Both the position numbers and the translations under genes were made by a program. A stretch of DNA of 45,502 nucleotides, filler included, from Sporopachydermia quercuum (lineage: Eukaryota), in the NCBI GenBank assembly GCA_001599295.1. It is 7 parts of 6 records of this genome, joined end to end, with 100 filler letters (N's around TTAATTAATTAA, not from the genome) between each part and the next. Parts side by side here need not be neighbours in the genome. Positions count along the whole stretch, not along the records: positions 1 to 2,543 come from BCGN01000003.1; positions 2,644 to 18,269 come from BCGN01000006.1; 5 more parts are not named here. One strand, written 5' to 3'. The notes beneath the pieces were generated by a model. That model had not been told where the DNA came from, made no database searches, and worked only from the letters and a program-made list of their open reading frames with translations. Shown one piece after another: positions 1 through 10,802 of this stretch. The number at the start of each line of letters is the position of its first letter. Position 1 is the stretch's first letter.

Positions 1-750
1 ATTCCGTTTCTCATTGGTTTAATCTTAGAAGTCATTGGATACATTGGCCGAGTTGCTTCTCATTATAACAAAACCTCCATAGGTCCTTACATCATTCAGT
101 CGATTACCCTACTGGTAGCTCCTTCGTTGTTGGCAGCAACAATTTACATGATATTTGGTGAGATTCTCAAGGCTTATGACGCTGGGAATGCTTCATTTGT
201 GAGATTAAAATATCTTACAAAGGNCTTTGTTCTTGGAGACTGTATTTCTATCTTTCTGCAATTTGCTGGCGGAGGGCTCATGTCTGTTAGATCTTCGACG
301 AATTTTAGAACCATTGGGCGATATGTTGTTTTGGTTGGCCTTATAGTGCAAGTGATCTTTTTCACTTTTTTTCTAATCAATGAAGTGAAGGTGCTTTACG
401 TCCTTTCGCAACCTAATGAGAAGTTCAGCAATAGACATCCTCCGAAACATTCCATGCGGGATTCTATGTCTTGGAAGTTTATGATTGGCTCTTTATTTGT
501 TGTGGGAATCCTAATTTTGATTCGATCTATTTTCAGAGTTATTGAATATGCTGAAGGATACGATGGAGTTTTAATGAGCAGTGAAATTTATTTATTGGTT
601 CTTGACAGTGCAATGATAACTACTGCTTGCATAGTTTTCCTGGGATCAAATTATTCTTATAGGTTGATTCGAAGGTTCAACTCAAGAGATGATAGTACAT
701 CTTTATCAATGAGTTCTGTTGAAAGTTTCACGAATGGAGGCTTAGCTTAA
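1..750 (+). CDS. RTA1/RSB1-family membrane protein (lipid-translocating exporter family), 5'-partial
   Basis: Frame is open from base 1: IPFLIGLILEVIGYIGR...PYIIQSITLLVAPSLLAATIYM...FVLGDCISIFLQFAGGG...LILIRSIFRVIEYAEGYDG...EIYLLVLD, all typical RTA1 motifs. Confidence 0.92.
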   Translation: MPFLIGLILEVIGYIGRVASHYNKTSIGPYIIQSITLLVAPSLLAATIYMIFGEILKAYDAGNASFVRLKYLTKXFVLGDCISIFLQFAGGGLMSVRSSTNFRTIGRYVVLVGLIVQVIFFTFFLINEVKVLYVLSQPNEKFSNRHPPKHSMRDSMSWKFMIGSLFVVGILILIRSIFRVIEYAEGYDGVLMSSEIYLLVLDSAMITTACIVFLGSNYSYRLIRRFNSRDDSTSLSMSSVESFTNGGLA

Positions 751-808
751 CTAGGCTGTAGAGTACATATTGAAACAATTCTAACTTCTATAATAAATTT
801 CATGGCTC

Positions 809-2235
809 TCAAATNGTCCCATCTAAGTTTCCAAAAAATGCCTCTCCAAAAATATCTGGAAGTAGAATCATTTCTCCATTGATATTTCTGGGTTCATTGT
901 TCTTGAAAAGAACTAATTCAGTGTCGATACTTCCTTCTGCTTCAATGTTATTGTTTCCATCAATCGAGCAGTTTCTGTTTCTTAATTCTTCTTCATATAG
1001 AATTCTGATATGATCGACCATCAAATAGAAACTGTTGATATCCTCCAACCCTGTGAATGGTTTCAACACGCATAGAAGGTTATTTATACGTCCTGAATCT
1101 AAATGATCAATGTTCCATTTTCTCGGATATTGAAACAGACTCATAAAAGCAGAAAAAGCATCAAAAAATATACCCAAATATTGAATTAAATCCGCCTCTG
1201 AGAAAGAAGATATGAAGCTAGCAAAGTCCAAAATACGTCTCGCAGAATCGATATAGCGTTCAAAGTAGCTCAAAACTTCTAATCGGTCGAAATTGCTTTT
1301 GTAAAGATGAAATCCACATCTGTATGAAAGCAGTTTATAGTAGAAATAGTCGATGTATAGCAGAACCAGTTGCCCTGTTTCATAGTGAGCGACTTTGGCT
1401 GTTACCCCAGGTATGATTTTAAACGTTTCAGGCACTAAATCGTACCATTCATCCAAACAGGAAACACAGTACAAAATCTTCTGTTCGATTTCATTGTTCG
1501 AACTGGAGTGAAAGTGTGTTTTTCCTTGAATTCCCAGGATTTCTGACGATATTTCAGACAGTCTGAGAATACAATAACACTTCCATATAAAAAAGTATCT
1601 CTTTGAAGTTAATGCTGCTGTTCCAATCATTTCAACCCACTGTTGTTTTGTTGAGTATGTAGAACACTTATAGGCTAGGAAAAACTCTTCTGACAACATA
1701 ACTGTGTTTCCATGAATATCACCTGTCAGCTGACATAGAAGAGAGTGTCTTCTGTTGATAATCGTACAGATAAAATTGACTATATTCCGCATTTTGATAG
1801 CGATGGAATTTTCTTCGTCTCTTGGCTTTCTATACCGCGAAATCTTTAAAGCTGTGGAGAAAATTCCAGTGGTGAAGTCATTGAGCATTAGTTCTGAATA
1901 GTAGAAATACATCGCCAATAACGATATAACACTATTCCAGGTTTGTCCAAATAGGCAAATCTTCTGGTAGAAATATATAGCGTTAACTGAGGTTGATTGC
2001 TGTATTTTCTGAAGTTGCTTATCAGAGATATCTAAATCCGAGGAATAAATTCCCTTTTTTCTTTCGTTTTTCTGGGTTGTTTTTTCTGTTTTACTTTCCG
2101 CAAATATTGATATTCGCAGACCGAAGACGCAGAGGTACTACAATTTGAACAGGGATCACCTCCGTCGCATTTGATCTTTCTTGCCCTGCATGAATCGCAT
2201 GCTTTCGCAACTCTGGAAATGTGCGATTTCTGCAT
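809..2235 (-). pseudogene. Zn2Cys6 transcription factor (Pdr1/Mrr1-like), frameshifted just after the Zn cluster
   Basis: ATG 2235: MQKSHISRVAKACDSCRARKIKCDGGDPCSNCSTSASSVC, stop at 2032. An overlapping second frame is open (…QQSTSVNAIYFYQKICLFG…) and runs into the 809..1918 ORF. The shift lies in an A-rich stretch (~2050-2095); I saw no convincing splice sites. Confidence 0.7.
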
Positions 2236-2448
2236 TTTATTGAACGGCTTATGGATTATAACTGTTAAACATGTCTTTAAGAAGTAGAGTTTGTGAGATA
2301 TGATGATAATTATCAACGCTGCGATGTTGCAGGTGACCTTTCTTATATGTTCATGGAATTCTCCCGTTTATAACTATTTAATTTATATACCTTTAGTTTT
2401 AACATTTTAACTATTTAATATCGCTCTCTTCTCGTTTTACTCTCCTAC

Positions 2449-2543
2449 AGTTGGGAGGTAGTTGGGAGGTAGTTGGGAGGTAGTTGGGAGGTAGTTGGGA
2501 GGTAGTTGGGAGGTAGTTGGGAGGTAGTTGGGAGGTAGTTGGG
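2449..2543 (+). repeat. Telomeric repeat (GGGAGGTAGTT)n, about 8.6 copies, G-rich strand running to the contig end
   Basis: Perfect 11-bp tandem repeat ending at the N gap; same unit at two other contig ends. Confidence 0.9.
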
Positions 2544-2643
2544 NNNNNNNNNNNNNNNNNNNNNNNNNNNNNNNNNNNNNNNNNNNNTTAATTAATTAAN
2601 NNNNNNNNNNNNNNNNNNNNNNNNNNNNNNNNNNNNNNNNNNN
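2544..2643. other. Artificial contig spacer N44-TTAATTAATTAA-N44
   Basis: Six-frame stop linker. The same 100-nt spacer recurs at 18270-18369, 29542-29641, 32240-32339, 41350-41449 and 43868-43967. Confidence 0.97.
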
Positions 2644-2868
2644 GAAAAGAACTTAGATATACAAGTTAGATTCAAATGGAAGGCTTCTGATAAGCCTGGA
2701 TACGGAACATCCGCTATTTGGGATAACAGAATCTCTCAACATTATCCTGTCTACGATTATGAAGGAAATGAACCTCGACATGGTACTAGAGTCACTGCCC
2801 TTGCTGAGAAGCCATACTTGGATCCTAACTCAAAGTCCAGAAGAGAGGCTCTTGGGTTGCAGGTGTAA
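2644..2868 (+). CDS. JLP1: Alpha-ketoglutarate-dependent sulfonate dioxygenase paralog (JLP1/TauD), 3' end only
   Basis: EKNLDIQVRFKWKASDKPGYGTSAIWDNRISQHYPVYDYEGNEPRHGTRVTALAEKPYLDPNSKSRREALGLQV*; close to but not identical with the C-terminus of 5941..7146. Not in the ORF track. Confidence 0.9.
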   Translation, partial: EKNLDIQVRFKWKASDKPGYGTSAIWDNRISQHYPVYDYEGNEPRHGTRVTALAEKPYLDPNSKSRREALGLQV

Positions 2869-5776
2869 AATCAAAGTTTTATTAAATTTAAAGAACGCTT
2901 CAATAATTTCTCTTCAATCTAAGTTTCATTAAAACCAATCGAAGCTTGATCTATGTAATACAATCTTATGTAAGGTATTGTAAACTTTGATAAAAATTGT
3001 AATTTGTTCGAGAAAATATTAAATCTTCCCTTAGTTATCATAACCGGATTTAATGTTTTCAAATAATGCTTTACGACACGAGCCTAAGATATTAGAAAGA
3101 CTTCCAAACCATATTAATAGCAAATGTAATATTAATTAGAAATCTGATTGATGACTTGTGGTTACTTAGGTGATCTCATTTCTTATGTTAACCATCATAT
3201 ATAACCTGAGATTCAGAGAATTTGGATAAAAAGGTCAATTATAAGAACTTGAATAGTCTAGAATGTAACAATGGTTTCAACTTCATGAAGTTCACGTATC
3301 ACATCTCATATAAAGTAAGAAGTTTGACTATTGAAGCCACTACCCAAAATTATCTTATCTCATATATTCTAAACACCTCTACTACGAAAACATCTTGACC
3401 ATTCGTTTATACAAATAAAAACAAACAATAATGATTATCTTTATACATTCATAAAGATNCTTAAAAGAAGTCTCATGGGTTCTTTTATCTCTTGCAAGCC
3501 TTTTAGCTCTCCAGGTTTTAGTGGAATGAGGTGCACTTCGCCAGAAACCATTGGTGCCATACCGCTTTGAATTCAACTTAATTTGAAGATTGCAAGAACT
3601 AAGACTCTAACATAATTATAATACCAGTGCAATAATGAGGATGAATATTGATACGATATGTAATGGGTTCTGTGTGCTTTGGGTTATTATTGTATTATTT
3701 GAACCAGAAAGCTGTTTGTTGACCAACTTGAGCTGCAATGAAGTCACTCGGTCGTCAAATGATGCTGACAAATTTNAAAACCATCCACCTAGTTAGTGCT
3801 TTTGATTCTCATTTCTTTGCCAATAAATTTTAGGAATGTATTAAAGTTGATAACCAGAATTTATCCATTTACCTTGGGACTAAAATTTGGGAAGAATAAC
3901 AAACTAGCTAATAAATTGAAAGTCTGAACTAAGTTTATTATTTTGGTGAGGAAAACAATTAAGCTTTCTTCTCCGCGATTATCAGTATGATGAAATGAAT
4001 AACTTTATGTTCCAATACGGAAGTTGAAGTTTCTGAACTTTATCAAATTAGCATTGAATTTTGGTTTGGAGTATAGAGAGGTACTAACATTGTATATGAC
4101 AGTCTAGAAACTTAAACTATAAACTTTAAAAAGTTATTGAAGAGATGAACAGTCAAAGGGAGTAAATTAGAGTTTAAAATCAATACAAAGCTTAGTGTCG
4201 TAAATGGGAATTTAAGCGAGAAATAAGAATCTTCAGAGTATTTTTGGAACTGTGAACAGAAATTAAAGTATAATGACTTGTTTTATACATTCATTTTGTC
4301 AGAATGGGATTGGAAACCTTTCGGAAACAATATACATATTCAAAGGTTGACTGAGCGAGCGTTTAACATTCAAGACTTTACGATATAAAATTTCTTTAGT
4401 TTTCTAGTAGCGCCTAGATATAATCTGATCTGCCTGGTTAGTTATCTCGATCTACGTTTAAGAAGATTTTATACTTCCATATTTAAAGTTAAAAGTTGAA
4501 ATAATTTAATTTTTTGTGTCGGTACACTCTTTTTACTTGTGGAATACAGATCCAATCTGATTGCTAAGAAGTTGATATGGTATATGCGAAAACAGTTGTT
4601 GTTTGTTGAAAAGCCGTTAGATATATGTTAGAAGATTACCATCAGACAGCTTTTCAACAAAGTTTCCTTTATCCTTTGTTGAATTGTTGTCTTGGTAACT
4701 TCGTATAGTCTCCTTACAGGCTTGTTATTCATCCTCAAAAAAGGGAAAAATAATTCCTACTACTTTCTCCAGTGAAAGCTTTGTATATCAATATTGTTGA
4801 TGTTAATAGACAAAGCTATTTACTCTTTGGTCACTTGTACCAATGTAAGCAATGTTGGCAGGGTTAAGCAAGTTCACCAAATAGATCATTGTTGTTTGAT
4901 GTATCTTTATATCATATATGTAGCAAAATTTCATTCTTTCTCTGAGTAATGTTATGAACATTTACAATTTATTAGACATATCTGCCTTCACTTACGAGAA
5001 AGTAAAGAAAAACAAAATCCAGATATCAAAATGAGAAAGGATACTTGAGAAACATAATGTGGTCTTAGTATCCAAAAGTATTCCGAGGATATCAACCATG
5101 TGATACCTCTTCATTCTTTGCCGTAGGGAAGCCTACGATGTTCTAAGTAGATGTCCTGATTCATTAGCATTCCAGCTTATAAGGACATTGATTCAACATA
5201 GAAACCTCAATTACTATACTATACTATTTGGTCAACTATTATGAAGTTGCTGTGGATTAAAAAAAAATCAGAATGAAAATGCCCTTATGAATTATATTGC
5301 TGAATAGGGGAAGAAAATCCTCTGTTTGCAAATGAACAATACTGTTTCTTAATTGCGAACACAATGGAATTGTGCAATATTATCATGATTCTATTTTAAA
5401 GTATTTGACGCAATACTTCATTCAAATTTGTACTATCAGCAGAAAATGATGCCAAGGTGGCTTTATTTCTTAAAACGTTAACTATAAATTTAACTTCCGA
5501 ATCTAATATTAGGTTAAACTAACTGGAAGCTAGTAGTAATCTAAATAGTGTTTTTTTTTTTTTTTTAATTTTTTATTTGAGTTTGAGTTTTATGTTCTCA
5601 TTAACTTTGTAAGATATCTTATTCGGTCAATATTGTGTGGTTGAAAAATTCAAATAGGAGGTTAATGTAGTCGAACCACCCTTCTTTTTCTTTCTGATTT
5701 GTAATGAGATACTTAATTCAGAGGTATTCAGGGTTAAAAAGCTTGATTAACTATGCATTTAACTTCCTATCTATAC

Positions 5777-5783
5777 TATAAAT
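5777..5783 (+). promoter_or_regulatory. Candidate TATA box of the dioxygenase gene
   Basis: TATAAAT about 160 bp upstream of ATG 5941, downstream of a poly(dT) tract near 5551-5566. Confidence 0.4.
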
Positions 5784-5940
5784 GATAGTCTCATTCCTCG
5801 TTCTTCGTTCTTCAAGGTGATAACAAAGAGAAATTTCGATCGGAACAGGACTCGTTGTATACATCAACTACATCAATAAGTAAAAATTGTTGGATAAGTC
5901 AGTACAAATATTGCAGTCAGTATTATTTAATTATTAAAAA

Positions 5941-7146
5941 ATGGCGCCTTCTATTACCTCAGTTCAAGATTTGGTTGAGACCGATCAAAAATTCCAAAAA
6001 CTTGTAATTGATCCTAGACCAAAAGTTCCTCTGGGAAGCAACGCTTCATTAATCGAATTTATCCCTCCAAATACAAAAGCCAGATTAGAGAATCATAACA
6101 TTGATCTAAGTAAAGGATATCCTCAACGATTTGAAGTTGTTCCAGTTTATTTGGATGAAGCTGAGAAAATTAGAAGCGAAGAAGTGCCTTATATCGAACG
6201 TGGTAGAAATGCTGACCCTGAAAAGAAGGCTCTTTTTGGTGCTGCTAAAGAAGTAATTGATTTGACTCCTCATATTGGTACTGAAATTGTCGGTCTTCAG
6301 TTAGCAGATTTGACTGATCAACAAAAAGATGAACTTGCTCTTTTGATTGCGGAAAGAACTGTCGTGTTTTTCAGGGACCAAGACTTGTCACCTCAAAAGC
6401 AATTGGAACTTGGTAGCTATTTTGGTCAAGTCGAGGTTCATCCTGTATCACCTTATGTTCCAGGATTACCAGGGACTACTGTTATCTGGCCAGATTATGC
6501 TACCAAGAAGGATGGACATACTTTTGGTTATAAAAAACCTTTTACAACCGCAAGATGGCATAGTGATTTGTCTCACGAGTTCCAACCAGCTGGAATAACT
6601 CATTTACACCTTGACCAAATTCCAAGTATTGGTGGTGATACATTATGGGCATCTGGTTATGCCGCTTACGATAAATTATCGCCAGCTTTGAAAGAATTCT
6701 TAGATGGAAAGTATGCAGTTTACGAGTCATTCAATGGCTATGTAGATAGAAATGATCCACTAAGTGGACCAAAGTATATTGAAAGAGTACATCCTCTTGT
6801 CAGGACTCATCCAGCCACTGGCTGGAAGGCTTTATCTATCAATGCTCATTATACTAAGAGAATTGTTGGTTTGGAACCAGGAGAAAGTGATGTTATCCTT
6901 AACTATTTGTTTAGTATCTATGAAAAGAACTTGGATCTACAAGTTAGATTCAAATGGAAGGCTTCTGATAAGCCTGGATACGGAACTTCTGCTATCTGGG
7001 ATAATAGAATTTCTGAACATTATGCTGTATATGATTATGAAGGAAATGAACCTCGACATGGTACTAGAGTTACTTCTTTAGCTGAAAGACCTTACTTTGA
7101 TCCAAAATCAAAGTCCAGAAGAGAAGCACTAGGATTGAGTTTATAA
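5941..7146 (+). CDS. JLP1: Fe(II)/alpha-ketoglutarate-dependent sulfonate dioxygenase (TauD family)
   Basis: DLTPHIGTEIVGLQL, ERTVVFFRDQ, WHSD (HxD), GGDTLWAS, HPLVRTHP, IWDNR…H facial-triad motifs; 401 aa. Confidence 0.95.
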   Translation: MAPSITSVQDLVETDQKFQKLVIDPRPKVPLGSNASLIEFIPPNTKARLENHNIDLSKGYPQRFEVVPVYLDEAEKIRSEEVPYIERGRNADPEKKALFGAAKEVIDLTPHIGTEIVGLQLADLTDQQKDELALLIAERTVVFFRDQDLSPQKQLELGSYFGQVEVHPVSPYVPGLPGTTVIWPDYATKKDGHTFGYKKPFTTARWHSDLSHEFQPAGITHLHLDQIPSIGGDTLWASGYAAYDKLSPALKEFLDGKYAVYESFNGYVDRNDPLSGPKYIERVHPLVRTHPATGWKALSINAHYTKRIVGLEPGESDVILNYLFSIYEKNLDLQVRFKWKASDKPGYGTSAIWDNRISEHYAVYDYEGNEPRHGTRVTSLAERPYFDPKSKSRREALGLSL

Positions 7147-8552
7147 TAATTTCGCTGGAGCGTTATCATAATTTTCTGAGTCTAGATTTCGTAATTATAA
7201 TTAACTAACAAAAGATGAAGCCTATGTAAAGCTCCGTAAGTTAACAAACTATTGAGTATCCAAGAAATATCGACAGAAAGCAGAGAAGTTTCGGTATTTC
7301 AGGAGCTTGTGTCACTACTGCTATAAAAGAATAGGAAAAATGATTCACCACCTTATATGTATACCACAACTTTATGTGAAGTCAAACCATTGATTAAATT
7401 GTAAAACTTTTTTTCACAAGATGGCGAATAACCCAGTTGTGAGACTAGCATTAGAAGATCCGTACAGTGAAATTTCGAGATGTGTCTACCTTGGAGATAC
7501 TAAAAAGTTAATGTATTTGCTACTTTGCCCATAACCAAATAGGTTGAGATGGTCCCAAATGTCCACGTGACTAAAAAGCAAACTTTTTGAGATTATAATC
7601 ACAAAAAACACCGTGCATATACACCTACTATTTCAACTTAAGGCATATTTCATAGATCAATAATTTTAAGATGGCATTATTATTGCAAACCTGTATTGTT
7701 ACCTTTCCTAATCTCTTGATTTCCATACATAATTCTTCAATAAAATAAAATAGCCATAAAGACTAATAGTCCTACAAAGAATTGACACTAAAATTTATCC
7801 TATAGGTTGAATTTACTTGTATTTTCTGGTTTAGAAATAGAAAAAGAGAGGAATTGACTAAGTTGACTAAGTCAGTACTTGTTCCTTAATCAATGAACAT
7901 TTGACCCTAAATAACAATCCTGATTAGTAGCGATGTCACCATTGGATTTGACTACGCCAACAAGGTGGTGCAGAGAACCTGGAGAAAAAAAAAGATTACG
8001 TGAGCAGTGATGCTAGAGTTAAAGTTTCAAAGGATTGCATTAGGATACAGGCAACCTAAGTAAGGGATGAAGCGATGAATCATATTCCCACTATCATTCT
8101 TGACTACTCATGAGAGATGATATTGAGTCGCGCGCAACAAGAAGAATCGGAAAGAGAGTGGCCAATATTGCTAAGAGCATTTGGAATGGAGTATGAAGAG
8201 ATAAGAATAGTTTGAAATGAGGGTCTCCTTGATTTCTAGTTAAATACCAGCTGGAAATATGTAGAAAAACAAAGAAAGCAGTAATGCCTTTATGAATAAA
8301 GTTATAATAAAAGCAGAATTAGGTTAGAATTAGGTTACAGGTTTCCTCCAGTGTAAAGATCTCAGTTAGAAAGGAAAAAAGATAAGAGAGTTATCAAGTT
8401 TCCGAGTCATACTATAAGAACATCTCCAGTTTTTATCTCCTATCTACGTTCATATTTCAAAATTCTCAACGACACAACTTCATTCACCGTCATTAGACAA
8501 AATTAGAATTCTATAAAACAAATTCAAAGTTGAAGCTGCTTATGATCGGAAA

Positions 8553-10560
8553 ATGTTTAGTGCCTGTGATCGTTGTTATAAAATAGTAAGTGAACCTCAA
8601 AAGATAGAATGTTATCCAGATGATTTATCATTAACCAAAACTTTAGAAGCATAAATGCTCGGGGGATCCATGTGAGAGATGCAACAGACTTGGATTACAA
8701 TGTACGCGAGCCAGAGAGGTGAAAAGAAGAGGAAGACCCAAAATATCGTCCCAAATAAATACACTCAGTTCGAGGGATTCATTAATTAACAATAAACAAA
8801 TTATTAGGAAACGAAGAGTTTCAGGACCACGAAATCGAAATGGATGTGTTGCTTGTAAGAAGAGGCATAGAAAATGTGACAGAACAGAGGATCTACTACC
8901 TTGCTCTTACTGTACGTCAAAAAAGATAGATTGCCAGGGTCTTAACTCATTATCGTCCTCTCTATCTGATGCTGACCACAATGAAACTATGATAGTTGTC
9001 AACAAAGATCAAAGTGAAAATTGTTTGGACGAAATACAAGAGCTGAGCTCTGGTTACAGTTTCGACAGTCCTTCTAATTACTCTACAAGTTTTGTTTTAT
9101 CTTCTCATATGGAGTCGTCAAAGTCTTTATCTGTGATACCCTTTGACGAACAAACTATTACTTCTCGTGCTGCCTCATGTAACTTGGCATCTGCTACTAA
9201 TAATTATACTGAGAATTCTNTTGGATTTCTACAGCCCCATTATTCCATTGATGATGTTTCAGCATCTGTATCCAACAAACTAAATTCTCGAGATAGATTT
9301 CTGTTGTATCATTTTATCAATCACGCTGCTCCAGCTACTGTTGCTATTCCTTCAGATTCTGATAACGTCTATTTATATACTATGATACCTATAGCGTATC
9401 AGGAACCAGCTTTATTATCCGCCATTTTAGCATTTTCAGCTGCACATTTGAAAACTCAATATAAGTATTACGAGTCAGATATTGAGAAATATAATTTAAA
9501 AGCTACAAGTGAGTTCAACACTTTGCTTCTAGTATCCCGGGCCTCACAAAATACTGGAAAATATCCTTCTTTCTCTAAGTCGTTGGCAATATTAGCGACT
9601 TCTCTGATGTTGAGCAATTTAGAGATTGCTCGTGATAGACCTGTTAATGGAAAGAACCACATGAGTACAGCAGCTCAGATAATAAAGCAAAATGGCGGAT
9701 TCTCTCGATTTAGGTTGATGTCAAGAATGGCACGACAACTAACAGATTTGTTTGGATATCATGATGTAATGCAAACCTTGGCTTCCGGGAAACCATGTGT
9801 GTTACAAGACGAATATTTATATCTTTCCAACGAAGTTACAGATGTAGACTTTCTTGATACTAGAATATGCGAANAGGAGGCGAAGAAACCACATTTACTA
9901 TTTGGTTTTGCGGAGAAACTTTATTATTATATAAGTCAAATACCGTTGGTGACTAATGAAGCCAATATTGATGAGCCCAAGAAAAGAGAAAGGACGAGAC
10001 AGATAGAATTGGCAATTCAAAGTTGGACCCTCCCGGATTATATAATGAACAACTCATATTTATTGGACTGCAATCAAAAGAAGTGCAAAATTTTGGATAA
10101 TTGGAGTGTGGATTTAACCTCTATAACTGAGGCTTCAATTGCCATACAGTGGGCAGGATTGTTAAGATTGTATCAAGCCACCAATGGCTTTAATATATCG
10201 CAGAATCCTAGAGTCTCTATGGCGGCTTCTTATATCCTAGAAGCTATTTCTAAAATTGAATTAGGATCGCCTTTAGAATCAATGATGCTTTTTCCTTTGA
10301 TTATGGCTGCTGTTGGGGGCGGGAATCGGAACGTAATAAAGGAAAGGTTTGATTCAATGAGTAAAACCATTGGATTTGACCATGTTCTTACCGCTCGAGC
10401 TTTTGTTCAGGAAGTTTGGGACAATTTGGATTTATTGAGGACGGGTAATAAGCATTGTTCTGCTGTGTCACTGCACGATTATGACGATGGCTCTGATGGA
10501 ATAGAGTTTGATTGGCAAACATTAATGCAACAGAAATATAGTCATTTAAGTATGGTTTAG
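8553..10560 (+). CDS. Transcription factor with two Zn2Cys6 clusters, an AT-hook and a fungal-specific (Fungal_trans_2-type) C-terminal domain; join(8553..8585,8647..10560)
   Basis: Exon 1 MFSACDRCYKI spliced in phase 0 to KHKCSGDPCERCNRLGLQC gives cluster 1. Then KRRGRPK, then CVACKKRHRKCDRTEDLLPCSYCTSKKIDC (cluster 2), then LLSAILAFSAAH, YHDV and FPL motifs. Confidence 0.88.
8586..8646 (+). other. Spliceosomal intron, 61 nt
   Basis: GTAAGT donor, CATTAAC branch-like motif at 8629-8635, TTTAG acceptor; removal reconstitutes a six-Cys zinc cluster. Confidence 0.88.
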
Positions 10561-10802
10561 AATAGAATATTGCAATAGATAAGATGTGTACATAACAGGG
10601 AATACAAGGCGTGTGATTATAAACCATAAAGAACAGGTACGATTGGAAGTTTATTTAAAAATCAATTCAGTGAAAAGCTTTTAAGAGATAACAAAGTTAA
10701 TTTAGAGACGATTGCTGGAGAATAAACTATAGGAATGTATACAGTCGAGGAAGCCAGATAAATTCCTCGGTTAGGGTTACAATATAGAATCAGAGAGAGT
10801 AT

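Noticed and set aside
2449..2543. CRISPR-like or ordinary satellite array
   Set aside because: No spacers, eukaryotic context, and terminal polarity fits a telomere.
2588..2599. TTAATTAATTAA palindrome repeated six times
   Set aside because: Synthetic six-frame stop linker embedded in Ns, not biological.
3382..5200. Short ORFs and coding-like stretches (also 15900-16560, 28440-29061, 30840-31300, 34900-35700)
   Set aside because: Possibly decayed genes or transposon debris, but I could not recognise any motif; BLASTX is needed.
7564..7571. Cbf1/CDEI-type site (GTCACGTG on the minus strand)
   Set aside because: Single 8-mer downstream of the dioxygenase and about 1 kb from the next gene; no CDEII/CDEIII arrangement seen.
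8719..8721. GTG/TTG starts in the ORF track (also 13652, 22833, 33375)
   Set aside because: Prokaryote-style calls; in-frame ATGs or an upstream exon give better starts.
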